From positions 46,438,001 through 46,502,000 of the forward strand of contig NC_043013.1 of assembly GCF_006345805.1 (NCBI RefSeq): a stretch of 64,000 bases of DNA, in the 5' to 3' direction. The notes beneath the pieces were generated by a model. It made no database searches, had not been told where the DNA came from, and saw only the letters and a program-made list of their open reading frames with translations. The DNA is from Octopus sinensis (Eukaryota). The translations under genes and the position numbers were made by a program. This document shows positions 35,273 through 49,730 of the stretch, piece by piece; position 1 is the first letter of the stretch; each line of letters opens with the position of its first letter.

Positions 35273-35392
35273 TTGTCAGAGTGTGAGTTTATGTCTACGA
35301 TATTTTTGTTGACTTCTTTGTACAAAGAAGGAGTGTAGAATGAATACATTGAATTGTCAGAAAACTATAGGTCCATTGCTTATCCAAACATT

Positions 35393-35470
35393 ATGTATGA
35401 ACTTTATACAGACAACCAGCTCTCCATCGCCAACACCATCTTTGCCAACAATAGGACAACGAAAAATATA
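35393..35470 (+). pseudogene. Possible tiny LINE APE-endonuclease remnant
   Basis: YELYTDNQLSIANTIF resembles the RTE 'L..C..N.L.I.NT.F' motif; very short. Confidence 0.35.
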
Positions 35471-37263
35471 TAAATTTCAATAAATTTTGTTCTACGTATA
35501 TTTCTCTAAATATATCCCGTTCTGTTTCATACATACATATATTTATATTTTGAGTAATTTCTTTGTGATACATAATATTTCTGTTCACTTCAATGACTCA
35601 ACCGGCAGACGACATTGTTCACAACACAGACACTTTTCAATAAGCTGTTTCATATCAGTTTCTTTACTAAATTTTTCAGTGAAGTTCAATTAATATCTAT
35701 TTGTAATACCTATAATGGCCTTCTCAATATGTTTTCTTCAGAATCCTGACACCAACTTACTTCGGTTTCACTCTAGTTTTCCTTTTTGGTTTTGAATTAT
35801 AAGCCTGTTCAATCAGGCCTAACCAGGAGCAAAACAATAATAGTATCTATAAAAAAAAAAACAGAAACAACAAAAGCAATAACAACATTTACAATTACAA
35901 TAAACTTATATACGAGTCGGTGAGCTGATCCTGTATGTGGTAACAGCCAGTAGTAAAGAGCAGCTAAATCTCTCCTCTTCCTCCTCCTCCTCCTACTACT
36001 ACTACTACTTGTAGTAGTAGTAGTTGTAGTAGTAGTAATACGATGGCGGCACATGAACACACACTATACACGTATAGTTCCCGTAAAGTAACACGCACGC
36101 GCACACACGTGCGCGCGCACACACACACACACGCACGTCCGCACAGACTCGTGCGCATACGCATAAACGACGATCTATACACATACGCATATGCGCATCA
36201 TATATTTTATTTGGGTGAGTGTGAACCAAAATATGAAGCATATATATGTTTTAGTTTCTCTTTTTCTTTCTCATTCCATCTCTCTCTCTCTCTCTCTATC
36301 TCTATCTATCTCACGCTCCATACACTCACACAGACACACACGTACATGTATGTATGTATGTATGTATATGTATGTATATATATACACTAATAATAGTAAA
36401 GTTCGATCTTGCTTGCTTGCTTGCAATGTTACACACCCAAACTGGCGCATAATGGAAAATACTATGAATTAAGTTGCCCCTGAAATGTTAATACGACCAG
36501 AATAAAACAAATTTCGGATAAATCGAACCGATAGTTATTGAGATATTCGGATTTGGGGGATATAAATACCCGAAACAGTGCATAATGGGAAAATATTCCA
36601 AATATAACTTCATCCTGAAAGGAAACAAACTCTAACCTTTCGATTAAACACAGTGACTTGACAACGAAAAAATACGATTTGTTTCTTACAGTAAATGTTT
36701 CTGTGTTCGCTTTTGTTCAACACAATATTTTAATCATTTAGAAATATTTTTAAGTGAATGTGATTTCAAAAATGTAAGTTATTTGTACAGTAAGTATTTA
36801 TATTTTAGCCTTCTTTAAAGAGATACTATTTTAATGTCTTTTTAAATTATTTTCAAGTGAATGCAATTACAATTTTTTTTGGCATATCTAAAACATATTT
36901 TAAAGCGAAAATGACTTTTAAAATACTGTAAATATTTCGTTAAAGATCCGTCGTAACCTCAGTATGAAATAATTTTTTCCATAGGTTTTTTTCCAGTGCA
37001 TTCGACGTATCTTACCTCCCGATATTTGGCTGCTATTTCTAGTATGCCCTCCTACCACATAACAGCGACTTGCGATAAAGGACCCGAAATACCTGCAACG
37101 TGATAGCAAGGCGTGCAAGAAATAGCAGCCAGATATTTCCTTTTCTTGGGAAAGGAGCCATTCACGCGTGATTTCGATGTCACATTCGTTGAAAGCATGC
37201 GAAATAACCTGGAAAAGAAAAGATCCACGAAACAAAACTCTGTTGTTGGGGAACTCAGACCCT

Positions 37264-37295
37264 CCCGGTAACCCACGGGTCACGGCTAGTCTAGT
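37264..37295 (-). mobile_element. Helitron/HINE-like terminus
   Basis: CCCGGTAACCCACGGGTCACGGCTAGT-CTAGT: short palindrome plus CTAG; same architecture as the 13595 terminus in reverse. Confidence 0.5.
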
Positions 37296-37322
37296 ATATA
37301 TGTGTATGTGTGTATATATATA

Positions 37323-37520
37323 GTTAATCCAAACATGAAAGCACAAAAAAACACAACAACGCGAGGACGTGGAACAAATATAGTATTATTGGACGCTCAG
37401 GAAAGAAGGAGGGCTTAACGTTTCGAGCGGAGCTCTTCGTCGGAAACATAGGAAAAGGAAAGATCCAGAGAAGGGAGGACAGAGGAAAAAAATCGCCAAC
37501 GGTACACACGCGGTCACATT

Positions 37521-37526
<6 letters not shown>
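37323..37526 (-). mobile_element. Second copy of the 205-bp hammerhead-bearing element
   Basis: Homolog of 11270-11474, flanked by TA repeats. Confidence 0.8.
37413..37447 (-). ncRNA. Minimal hammerhead motif, core variant CCGACGA
   Basis: Minus strand: GTTT-CCGACGA-A-GAGC(TCC)GCTC-GAAAC-GTT-AAGC. Confidence 0.7.
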
Positions 37527-37582
<56 letters not shown>

Positions 37583-37714
37583 ATACATATAGTGTATCCA
37601 TCCATCCATCCATGCAATCAGCTATTCATTCATTCATATATACATACACGTATAAGTATTCACGTGCTTTTAGTGGGTTTTTTTCCTTCTTTAGACTTTC
37701 CCCTTTCATTTTTC

Positions 37715-37749
37715 ATTCCAGACGAAGAGCTATGCTCGAAACGTCAAAA
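37715..37749 (+). ncRNA. Degenerate hammerhead motif, core CAGACGA
   Basis: ATTC-CAGACGA-A-GAGC(TAT)GCTC-GAAAC-GTC-AAAA; stem II intact, stem I eroded. Confidence 0.55.
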
Positions 37750-37807
37750 ACACTTGCTTTTTTTACTAAGCGTCAAACTAATACATTCCACATGAACGTC
37801 CTCTTGC

Positions 37808-38090
37808 TCTGATCAACGGAACAGCCTGCTCATGAAATTAACGGCGCAAGTGGCTGAGCACTCGGGGCAGACTCGCGTTCATTTGAATGAGTTTACAGGG
37901 AGAATCAGCGTAACACAGAATACAACAAGACTGAACCCTTGAATTACAAGTACAACTCATTTTTTGTCAGCTAAGTACACAGAAGCAACGTGAGATAAAG
38001 TGTCTTTCTCAAGGACACAACGCGCAGCCGTGAATCGAACTCAGGACCTTACAATTGCAAGCCGAGTACGCTGACCACTAAGCCTACGCG
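37808..38090 (-). mobile_element. Family C-headed SINE, tail type 3
   Basis: Tail (sense) GCCACTTGCGCCGTTAATTTCATGAGCAGGCTGTTCCGTTGATC matches 47310-47575. Confidence 0.75.
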
Positions 38091-38982
38091 ATTTCACTCA
38101 TACATACATACATACATACATACATACATACATACATACATACATACATACATACATACATACATACATACATACGCATACATACATCAAAAAAAGAATA
38201 CAATATCTCGTCTGAATTGAATCCAACATCAAGACATCCCAAGTGACATCTAAATCCGTTTCCTTTCATAATGTTGGGCAGCAGCACAGAAATCAGATGT
38301 CCACTGAATGACGAGGATTTGTAATCCTTCGACATTGTTTCCTTAGGTGGCGTTGCGAACTTGTTAAAAGCCACCATTTTGTGCGTGCGTTCACACATGT
38401 GTGTGTGTGTGTACCTAAAATTTTTGATTGACAGAAAACGAGCGAGCTAGATAAGTTTCCCCAAAACGTGGCACGGGACATTTTTTCAGCTACAATATAT
38501 GGATCAACCATACAACCATAACTGCAACCAATTTTTTTCCCTTTAGTTCCTAACTGGAAGAGTTCTGAGAAAAAAAGTTCAGCATGAGCGTCGAAACATC
38601 CTATGTTCCCAACATCCACCTCTCAAAATCATTGAATATACATACACACGTATACACATATACACATACATATACGTGTGTGCGTGTGCGTGAAGGTATG
38701 CATGCTTATTCGCTCATATATATGTATAGGTATACTTACACATATAAATGTATAGATTTCATTTATACAGCCATTCACATAGTTCCTTTATATATGTGTA
38801 TATATATATGTATATATATATTCACCATTGTGTTCATATCATTCAATACAAATTACCATTATTACATATATACAAACACACTACGTATACATAGTTACAT
38901 ATGAAAATGCTATCGTATTTATATATCTATATCTATATGTAGTTATGTGTGTATGTAGGTATCCATGTATGTATGTATTCAC

Positions 38983-39032
<50 letters not shown>

Positions 39033-39379
39033 TGTATGTATGTACGTATACTGCCGTCTCTGCACAAAAGAACTTTGGCGTACACACACACACGCAAACA
39101 TGAATATAAGCATTGCTATCAACATATATATATATACATACGCTGTATTCCATATACGTCAGTTTCTAACACACAAGAATGCATGGAAATTGAGATGTTG
39201 TCATAGAATCATCATTAACTACAGATTGATATAAACAAACGTTTAAAAAAGCGAAAAATAACTTAGTTTAAATCTCAAATTTGATCTAAACCAAACTTTA
39301 GCAACAATTCCTTCCTATAAGTATATTTTTACCTTTCTTTTTCTTTTTTTTACCGCTGTCTTTCTCCATTATTATTTAG

Positions 39380-39455
<76 letters not shown>

Positions 39456-40894
39456 TTATTATTATTATTTCTTTCTCTTTCAGTTACATTTTTTTTTCTC
39501 CTTTCTTTTTAGTTTCTTTCGATAATTTTCCCAGTGTTTATTTACTATAGAAAATAAAATGAAACAGTATTTCATTTAAAACGAGTTCATCTCTGCCGGC
39601 ACCACCGATACCAGAAAAAGGAAAGAAGAACTGACTATCTTTCTACCCTCAATCCGCCCCACAACTTCATTGCTTCGCTCTTGCTAACATCCCGCCATTG
39701 ATCAGAGGACCGTTAGCTGGAAACTTTAATATAAAATAAAATTTTAACATAGCAATAATTGAAACAACATGACAAATACTGGCGTAAATTCTTTACAATT
39801 GTTGATTATTATATTATATGGGTATATTCTTCGAATAACGTGCATTTTTTCTTTTCTTCTCCTTCGTTGTCCTCCTCCTTACCGTCTGATTCTTCCATTT
39901 TACCTTTTAAAATTATATTACGTACAAGGCTTTCATTTCTTTGTTATATTTTTCCAGATTTTTTTCCACTTGAAACTACGAAGGAATCATAAATGATATC
40001 ATAGAAATTTTCATTATTTCATAACATTTCTTTTAATGATTCACGTTTTAATTTTTCTTGTTTCCTTTCTTTCACAAAACTTCTTTCATTTCCTCTTTGT
40101 CTATCTCCTTCTCAGCTCCTCTCTCTTTCTCTCTCTGTCAATCTCGTTATATCTCCTCCTCTCACTCTCCCACCTCCCACTTTCTCCTGAACTTAGTTGT
40201 TTTCAATCAGTTTTTGTTTTCATTCTTCAATTTTTATTTAATAAAATTCTATTTTTTCTATCCTTTCTATCATCTGCTTTCTTTCTCTTCTCATCTGCTT
40301 TCTCTCTCACTCACCCATTCCCATTCTCTCTATCTATCGATCTACGTACATCTCTCTCTCTCTCTCGCTTTCTATCTGTCTATCTATCTTTCTATCTATC
40401 TGCTGCTTATCTGTCTGTCTCTCTATCCATTTGCTTATCTATCTGTCTAACTAAAAGAGTTGAAAAACCTCGCTGATGACATCAAAACAACACACAGAGA
40501 TGCATACGTCGAAATGAATTTTCCAATAGATTTATTATAAACAAGAGCAAAACAAGAGCAAAACAATAATATCAGCACATTAACAAGAAGAGTAAGAAGA
40601 AGAAGAAGAAGAGGAAGGAGAGCAAGAAGAGGAAAACGGGGAAAAGAAAAAAAGGTAAAAAAAAAACAACAATAAAACCTATAACAACAACAACAACGGT
40701 TATAATGAAACAATAATAACTACAACGGTAAAGTAGAGGCTGCAAACATCCATAGACAAGAATAAACAAGGGGTAAATAATAGGGAAAACAACGACAACA
40801 ACAACAGTAACAACAACAACAACAATAAGAGAGCAGCGGCAGCAGAATTCAATAACAACAGTAACGAGAACAACCGTAGCAACAACAACAACAA

Positions 40895-40914
40895 CAATAA
40901 TAATAATAATAATA

Positions 40915-40991
<77 letters not shown>

Positions 40992-41073
40992 AATAATAAT
41001 AATAATAGTAATGATAATAATGATAATAATAATAATAATAGTAATGATAATAATGATAATAATAATAATAATA

Positions 41074-41132
<59 letters not shown>

Positions 41133-41250
41133 AATAATAATAATGATGATGATGATGATGATGATGATAATAATAATAATGATAATAATAATAATAATAG
41201 TAATGATAATAATGATAATAATAATAATAATAATGATAATAATAATGATA

Positions 41251-41300
<50 letters not shown>

Positions 41301-41385
41301 AATAATAATAATGATAATAATAATAATAGTAATGATAATAATGATAATAATAATAATAATAATAATGATAATAATAATAATGATA

Positions 41386-41432
<47 letters not shown>

Positions 41433-42014
41433 AATAATAATAATAATGATGATGATGATGATGATGATGATAATAATAATGATAATAATAATAATAATAG
41501 TAATGATAATAATGATAATAATAATAATGATAATAATGATAATAATAATAATAATAATAATGATAATAATGATAATAATAATAATAATAATAATGATAAT
41601 AATAATGATAATAATGATTGTGATTTCTTTTGTTTGCCACAAGGACAACGGAGAAGGGGGACATTACAAGGTTGGGAACAATAATTAACAATTATTGCTG
41701 CTACTGCTGACGGGGAAGACGACAGCAGTATTAATGATGACGCTGCTATTTTTGTTGTTGTTGTTGTTGTTGTTCGTGATGATGATGATGATAATGATGG
41801 TTGTGGTGGTGGAGATGGTGGCGGCGGTGATGGTGGTGGGGGTGTTGGTGCTGCTGCTGCTGCTGCTGCTTATGGTGCTGATGGTAATGATAATGACGAT
41901 GATGATGATGTTGGTGGTGGTGATGATGATGATGATGATGGTGATAACGATGATGATGATGATTACGATGGTGGTGGGGGTGGTGAGGCTGGGGTGGTGA
42001 CGGCGGCAGTGATA

Positions 42015-42049
<35 letters not shown>

Positions 42050-42444
42050 AACAATAAGGACAGCAACAACAACAACAGCAGCAACAAGGGCAACAATAAT
42101 GAAATGAAAACAGCTTCAGCAAGAATAACCACAGAACTAACAAGAAAAACAACAACAACAATGACAGCAACAACAACAACAACAACATCGATAACAACAA
42201 CAACATCGATAAGAACGATAACAACGACACAAGCTACAACTACAGCGACACCGCCCCTAAAACACAACAGCAAAAGGGACAGGAACAGCAAAGCACCACC
42301 ACCGCCACCACCATCATCATCTTCACCACCACCACCAACACCACCACCATCATCATCATCATCATCGTCGTCGTCATCATCATCATCATCATCATCATCA
42401 TCACCACCACCACCATCACGACCACATCATCATCATCATCATTG

Positions 42445-42484
<40 letters not shown>

Positions 42485-42570
42485 TCACAAAGAACACAAT
42501 CACATAACAACATCAACAAAACAACAACAGCAACAACAAAAACAAAAACAAAAAAACAACAGCAATAAGA
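40895..42570. repeat. Large trinucleotide low-complexity field: (GAT/AAT)n at 40895-41620, then (GTT/GAT/GGT) and (CAA/CAT/CAC)
   Basis: Direct reading; source of the 358-aa poly-Ile and poly-His/Tyr pseudo-ORFs. Confidence 0.97.
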
Positions 42571-42731
42571 AAATGTTACACCAAACATTAGAGTCTTTCA
42601 ATCACTGATCTATTCAAAATAAGGAATTCTCTATCCAAAAACGAACAAGAATAATAGACATACACACGCACACATCTATATACACTCATATGAAGGCACA
42701 CACACACACACACACGCACACACACACACAC

Positions 42732-42765
<34 letters not shown>

Positions 42766-43149
42766 AATACGCTCTCTATAAAAAACATATATTTATTCAT
42801 TGCCTACATTCATATTTTGTGCAAAGCCATCTCTACGTTATTACATATGCACACACACACACACACACACACGCACGCGTACGCACATATACACATACAC
42901 AGGCGCAACACAGATGATACACCAATACGGAATGTCTACACAATCATAAGTACGCTTTAATATACACACTCACACGTACGCACATCCACACACAAATATA
43001 TATTCATACGCATCCACACACATATAATAACACATGCGCACAGAAGCACGCACATATATTCAGACACACACACACGCACACACACACACAAATTTGTACA
43101 AGAACACGTACAATCGCACCAAAACTTTCGAAGTCGGAGAATCATCCTG

Positions 43150-43510
43150 AAAGATATACACCAACCAACGATCTGGACGACACTGCATAATATCAAAGAT
43201 CCGGTCTTTTTTATCTCGAAGGATGGCCTCAAACTTGGGGGTCAACATTCTGCCAAGCAGCCTCGAGAGATTTGCCTGGTGTGGATGTAGCGTTCTTCAA
43301 AGAGCGTCTGGATAAAGTTTTACCTGAATACCAGATGAACCCACATCGGGGCAGGAGACAAAAAGAAGATTAATTCCGTGCAACTCGTTACTTCACCAAA
43401 AACAGTACAGAAAAGAAAGCCAAACACATTGAAGGCAGTGCTCCAGCATGGTTCCAGTATGGCTCCAGCGTGGCTCCAGCATGGCTCCAGCCTGTGGTAA
43501 TAAATGAAAT
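43150..43510 (+). pseudogene. 3' end of a CR1/L2-group LINE with 3' UTR
   Basis: YTNQRSGRHCIISKI...NILPSSL/RDLPGVDVAFFKERLDKVLPE/PDEPTSGQ...NSLLHQ...TH* (stop at 43430-43432), then AGGCAGTGCTCCAGCATGG. Confidence 0.8.
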
Positions 43511-43939
43511 ATAAAGGTCAAAGAATCACAGGATATTTCTTTCAACAGCAAGGAAACAAAAGCTGTTTATACCAAGACAGCATCGTCATACGGGCCATCC
43601 CACTTTTAATCATAAGCAACAGTGAACTAAAGATCGGACAGTCACTCCACGTGTTTGTCTCACTATTACAGAATACTTTTCCTGGCAAAAGCCCAGCCTT
43701 AAAATAGTTAGTACTGCATCCAACAACAACTAACCTTTCTTTTCAGAGCCTAAAGATACTTCAACAATTACACTATAAAGCTCAAGGGAAGCAATACTAC
43801 AATGGAATATTTCTCCCCTATCTGGATCGATGCTGCTGCTGTACAATACAAACATCAATGACCCCTTCTAGAAAGGTCTACTCTAATCACAGGCATACAG
43901 TTACTCAAAGCCTCAGTCACTTTGAATTCGCTGTTCCTT

Positions 43940-44177
43940 TCTTTTCTAGCCAGGCTCATGGGCTCGGTTTCCCGGTTTCAATGGCGTATGTGTTCCCCAG
44001 CTGGACGGAACGCCAGTCTATCGCAGGGTTACTCATTTTTGCCAGCAGAGTGGACTGGAGCAACGTGAAATGAAGTGTTTTACTCAAGAACACAATGAGT
44101 CGTCCGGTCCAGGAATCGAAACCACAATCTTACGATCATGATGCTGACACCCTAACCACTAAGCCACGCGCCTCCAC
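43940..44177 (-). mobile_element. Family C SINE with V-like tail
   Basis: Near-identical to 49181-49437. Confidence 0.88.
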
Positions 44178-44404
44178 TGCATACAGTGCACAGGAAGCAA
44201 AAGAAGATGACTACATTTACGTTTTGTTTTTAATGAAAGTGTCTAGCAGAAAGCTTTCTTAAAGAAAACTCGCCATTTCCGATCATCTTGCTCGTGACTG
44301 GATACTTAGCGAGTGTCATACATGTTATACTGGCGTATGTATGTCTCCCTCGAGAGCTATCATCAAACAAGAGAAGCAATTATGTATGTAAGCATGCATG
44401 CATC

Positions 44405-45075
<671 letters not shown>

Positions 45076-45621
45076 ATCTTTCTCTCTCTCCCTCCCTCTC
45101 TGTAAACACACACACACACACACACACATACATACACACACTGAGGCACACACAATGTACATGAGCAAGATTTGTGTGTATGTATGTAAATATATAAGTA
45201 AATATGCATATATATTCATATCGGACGCAACATTAGAATACATTGATCTATATAGAAGTCATCGACCAGTTATGATTGTAACGTATTGTCTCTTCTAAAG
45301 CAATAACGCATCTGCCAGCCATTGTAGTTGAGTATGAAGTGTTCTTTCGCAAGATGTAACAACTTCGCTGATGCTAAACTGTCGACTATGGCATTGACCG
45401 AACCCACATCAACCTGAATGTGTGAGTCACTAGCCTAAAAATACCTTAAACTAAAGCAATGACTCTAAGCCTTTTATACGTCTCAATCTCCCTTACTTTC
45501 ATCGGACAACGGTTTAGAAATGCCCCCATGTTTTGCTATCGCCGCCACCCCACAAAAAATGTTGATTGCTTTATATTAATTGAAGGTTTTATCAAAGTTA
45601 AATATTCCCCAATGGTTTATT

Positions 45622-46014
45622 ATCTTTTAGCTTTTCTTTCAGCTTTTACTTGTTTCAGCCATCGGACTGCGGCCATGCTGGTGCATCGCTTGAAAAAAAT
45701 CAACCCCAGTACTTATTTTTGAACCTGATATTTATTCTATAGACTGCTAAGTTTCCGGGACGTAAACAAACTGATACTGGTTGTCAATCAGTGGTGGGGA
45801 CAAACACATATACAAATGTGCGCGCGTGTACACACACACACACATACACATATACACGATGGGCTTCTTTCAGTTTTCTCCTACCAACTCCACTCGAAAG
45901 ACTTTGGTCGGCTCGAGGCTATTCTGGAAGACATTTGCCCAAAGTGCCACTCAATGAGATTGAACTCGGAGCCATGTGGTTGAGAAGCAAACTTCTTACC
46001 ACACAGCCACGCCT
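45622..46014 (-). mobile_element. SINE family A, diverged
   Basis: Homology to family A. Confidence 0.85.
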
Positions 46015-46867
46015 TCACCTATTAGCCATATTGTTTTCGTATCCAATTCAGCATGTGGCCCACTTTAGAGATTTGCAGGAACTAGGGTCCCTTCTGTGTT
46101 AAATTTTAATTACTGTGGGACCTTGGTGCATTATCAGTCATATTTCTGCTCATTAATAATGCAATATCATATTCATATTTTAAAGATTTCTTTTGAAAAT
46201 ATGTTGAGAATATAAGTATTTTTATCTGCTTTTAATATTTTATTTCTAAGAAAAAAAAAAACCGACTCCTCTAAACACCAAGTGTCTTCCCGCCTTAATA
46301 CCTTCTTGACATTTGCCGCCATTTTGTGCCTTCACAATGCCTTGAATAGGGCATTTCCGCACAGGTTAAGAACAATTGACCTATGGCAGTTGTAACCTAT
46401 AGTAGTAGTAACCTATAGCAACAGTAATACCATATCACAAAAATGTTATTGAAGAGCGCATTCAATTAGTTCGTTTTCCGTATATTAATGTTCAGTCTTT
46501 TTTTTTTTATCCCCCGTCGAATGATGGAAGTCTGATTCAACTCTGACTGGATATGATCTCACAATATAAACAGACGTAAATAAATACATCAAGTCGCTTT
46601 ACCGTTTCTACTACAATTTTATCCGTCATTCACTCGTTACTACTATTCACTATCCTCTGGAAATTTTGATTTATAACAATTTTAGCCGATAGCAACAGTA
46701 ACTTACAAAGTCATTGGCTTTAATAATATTCTATCAGTATTGTTTGATGGCAGTATTAGCTTATGGTGGATGAACCAATAACGTAAAAACATATTGCGAC
46801 ATACACATATATTGTTCTACAGCAGCCGTCCTGTAGCAGAAAACCACGTAGCTCAGGCGGCGACCTG

Positions 46868-47305
46868 GCCGAAATGTTAGCGCGCTGGGCGAAATGCTTA
46901 TCGGCATTTCGTCTGCCGTTACGTTCTGAGTTCAAATTCCGCCGAGGTCGAATGTGCCTTTCATCCTTTTAGGGTCGATAAATTAAGTACCAGTTACGCA
47001 CTGGGGTCGATGTAATCGACTTAATCCGTTGGTCTGTCCTTGTTTGTCCCCTCTGTGTGTAGTCCCTTGTGGGTAGTAAAGAAATAAGAAAAGTTAGCGC
47101 GCCGGGCGAAATGCTTATCGGCATTTCGTCTGCCGTTACGTTCTGAGTTCAAATTTCACCGAGGTCGATTTTGCCTTTCATCATTTAGGGGTTGATAAAT
47201 TAAGTACCAGTTACGCACAGGGGTCGATCTAATCGACTTAATCTCTTTGTCTGTCCTTGTTTGTCCCCTCTATATTTAGCCCCTTGTGGGCAATAAAGAA
47301 ATAAG
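46868..47305 (+). mobile_element. SINE family B, tandem dimer
   Basis: Two units joined at AAAGAAATA|AGAAAAGTTAGC. Confidence 0.92.
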
Positions 47306-47309
47306 AAAT

Positions 47310-47575
47310 GCACGTAGCTTAGTGGTAAGAGTATTTGGATCACGATCGTACAATCATAAGTTCGATGCTTGTGCCATTGAGACACGTTGCTCCAGTCCAC
47401 TCAGCTGTCAAGAATTGGTAGTACCAGTAATTCAAACCATTATCCTTGTCACACTCTACGTCACAGCTGAACCTTCCTGAGAAGTTCGTTAACGGTACGC
47501 GTGTTTGTGGAAAGCTCAGTCACTTGCACGCTAATCGCACGAGCAGGCTGTTCTATTGACTGGGTCAACTGGGAG
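47310..47575 (+). mobile_element. Family C-headed SINE, tail type 3, diverged
   Basis: Homology to 37808-38090. Confidence 0.7.
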
Positions 47576-47774
47576 CATATATATAGAGTTTCTATTCAAT
47601 AGGAGCTGTGATCTGTAGTATAATGACTCATAGTGACAATACTGTCCAATAAAGGCTGAGCTGTACAACGTATCTGACCCATAGTAATATGACCTATAGA
47701 CCTATAAAAATATGAAAATAGAAGTATGAAAATACAGGCCTTTGGCAACAGACACTTTTAACATAAAGCGATAT

Positions 47775-48040
47775 CGAAATAAGCCAAAATGTTTAAAATT
47801 TTGAGATCCATTGAAATATGTCACCGATCAGCTGTGTAAAGTTTGACCACAATATTATTTAGCAAGGACTGACTGAATGGTGATTAAACATTAGAATTAA
47901 CAGGCGAAATAAGCCAAAATGTTTAAAATTTTGAGATCCATTGAAATATGTCACCGATCAGTTGTGTAAAGTTTGTTTGACCTCAGTATTATTTAGCAAG
48001 GACTGCCTGAATGGCGATTAAACATTAGAATTAACAGGCG
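47775..48040 (+). repeat. Tandem duplication, 130-bp period, two copies
   Basis: CGAAATAAGCCAAAATGTTTAAAATTTTGAGATCC... at 47775 and 47905. Confidence 0.93.
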
Positions 48041-48667
48041 CAGCGAGGATTAGTCACTACATAGTTGGATTTAAAATAAGCAGTGAAGGCTAATCGTTGG
48101 GATTTAGCTAAGTATTATTACAAATGTCTACTGACTAATGTTCTTGTTGTTGCTATTGTTGTTATGTGAAGCTTTTGTTTGTCGCTTCTAAATCTATGGC
48201 ACAGACGTAAATCTCACACCCGAAAATTTATTGTTTCAGATACACCATATATCCACCTATCGGAAGGCCCTTATATGTGCTCGAATATAAAGGTGACAAA
48301 TATTGTTTTATTCTAGGTCATCCGTGATTAAGTAGACCCGTGATTAAAGCCATTCCAATTGTGGCCATCCCTTCTTTTTCACAGATGAAGATCATCTTAG
48401 TACAGATAAATAAGGACTTCATTGTGCAATGTGTTTTATTTCCCAAGATTTTAGTACATCATTTGTAAGTGATTTGGCTGCTATTTCTGACGATTAAGCA
48501 ACTACATCGTGAGCCTTCCTTTGGTTTCCGGTGTCTAATGTTTTAGATCGGTGGTCCTCAACATGAGCAAAGATGGGAACGGTAAATGGCAGGGGTCACG
48601 ATAAAAAGGGCTGGGTCTTTAACGTTGTCGTGATTTTCCTTAGAAATAAATAATTAAACCATGTACA

Positions 48668-49020
48668 ATCTTTTATCTTTTGCTTATTTAAATCATTCGA
48701 CTGCGGCAATGCTGGGGCACCGCTTTGAACAATTTTTTGTCTGGTGCTTATTCTATCCATTTCTTTTGCCGAACCGCTAAGTTTTGGGGATATAAGTACA
48801 CCAACATCGATTATCAAGAGATGGTGGGAAACACACACGCGCTCGCGCGCACACACACAAATAAGATGGGCTTCTTTTAGTTTCCGTGAACCAAATCCCC
48901 TCACAAGGGCTTTTGGACGGTCCGAGGCTATACCACAAGACACTTGCCCAAGGTGCCCCGCAGTGGGACTGAACCTGAAACCATGTGGTTGGGAAGCAAG
49001 TTTCTTACCACACAACCACA
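48668..49020 (-). mobile_element. SINE family A, diverged
   Basis: Homology to family A. Confidence 0.85.
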
Positions 49021-49180
49021 TTTTAATCATATAAAAAAAATAATTCTTTGTTGCGATCAGAATATGAGTAGAAGAGCGTGTGTGAGCAGTTTGTGAGCAG
49101 TGAGTAGAAACATGACAGATGAAGAGATGAAATCCATCGTAATTTCGTTACAGAAATCTCTGCTTTCTTTAAAATGAAAA

Positions 49181-49437
49181 AATAAATGCCCCCTTTCAAA
49201 GCCTAGCCAGGTTCATGGGCCAGGTTTCCCGATTTCAATGGCGTATATGTTCCTCAGCTGGACGGGACGCCAGTCCATCGCAGCGTTACTCATTTTTGCC
49301 AGCTGAGTGGACTGGAGCAACGTGAAATGAAGTGTTTTGCTCAAGAACATAACGTGTCGCCCGATCCAGGAATCGAAAAACCACAATCTTACGATCATGA
49401 TGCTGACACCCTAACCACTAAGCCACGCGCCTCCACT
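49181..49437 (-). mobile_element. Family C SINE with V-like tail
   Basis: tRNA boxes, TTGAGCAAAACACTTCATTTCACGTTGCTCCAGTCCACTCAGCTGG, GCGATGGACTGGCGTCCCGTCCAGC. Confidence 0.9.
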
Positions 49438-49499
49438 CTGCTTTCTTTAGTATTTACTAATTAACATTGAATGTAATAATCATACATATATATATATAT

Positions 49500-49730
49500 G
49501 TTTCTTTATTGCCCACAAGGGGCTAAACACAGAGGGGACAAACAAGGACAGACAAACGAATTAAGTCGATTACATCGACCCCAGTGCGTAACTGGTACTT
49601 AATTTATTGACTCCGAAAGGATGAAAGGCAAAGTCGACCTCGGCGGAATTTGAACTCAGAACGTAACGGCAGACGAAATACGGCTACGCATTTCGCCCGG
49701 TGTGCTAACGGTTCTGCCAGCTCACCGCCT
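49500..49730 (-). mobile_element. SINE family B, full length
   Basis: Homology to family B. Confidence 0.92.

Noticed and set aside
40473-40520. CTGATGA...GTCGAAAT hammerhead-like motif
   Set aside because: Stem II is not adjacent to GAAA, and there is no stem III or stem I.
40572-41691. Longest ORFs in the track (358-aa poly-Ile, 280-aa poly-His/Tyr, 257-aa poly-Met/Ile)
   Set aside because: Pure GAT/AAT microsatellite open on both strands; no coding complexity or splice context.
46315-46326. YY1 motif GCCGCCATTTTG (and NRF1-like palindrome at 57615-57628)
   Set aside because: Single short motifs are expected by chance in 64 kb and lack promoter context.
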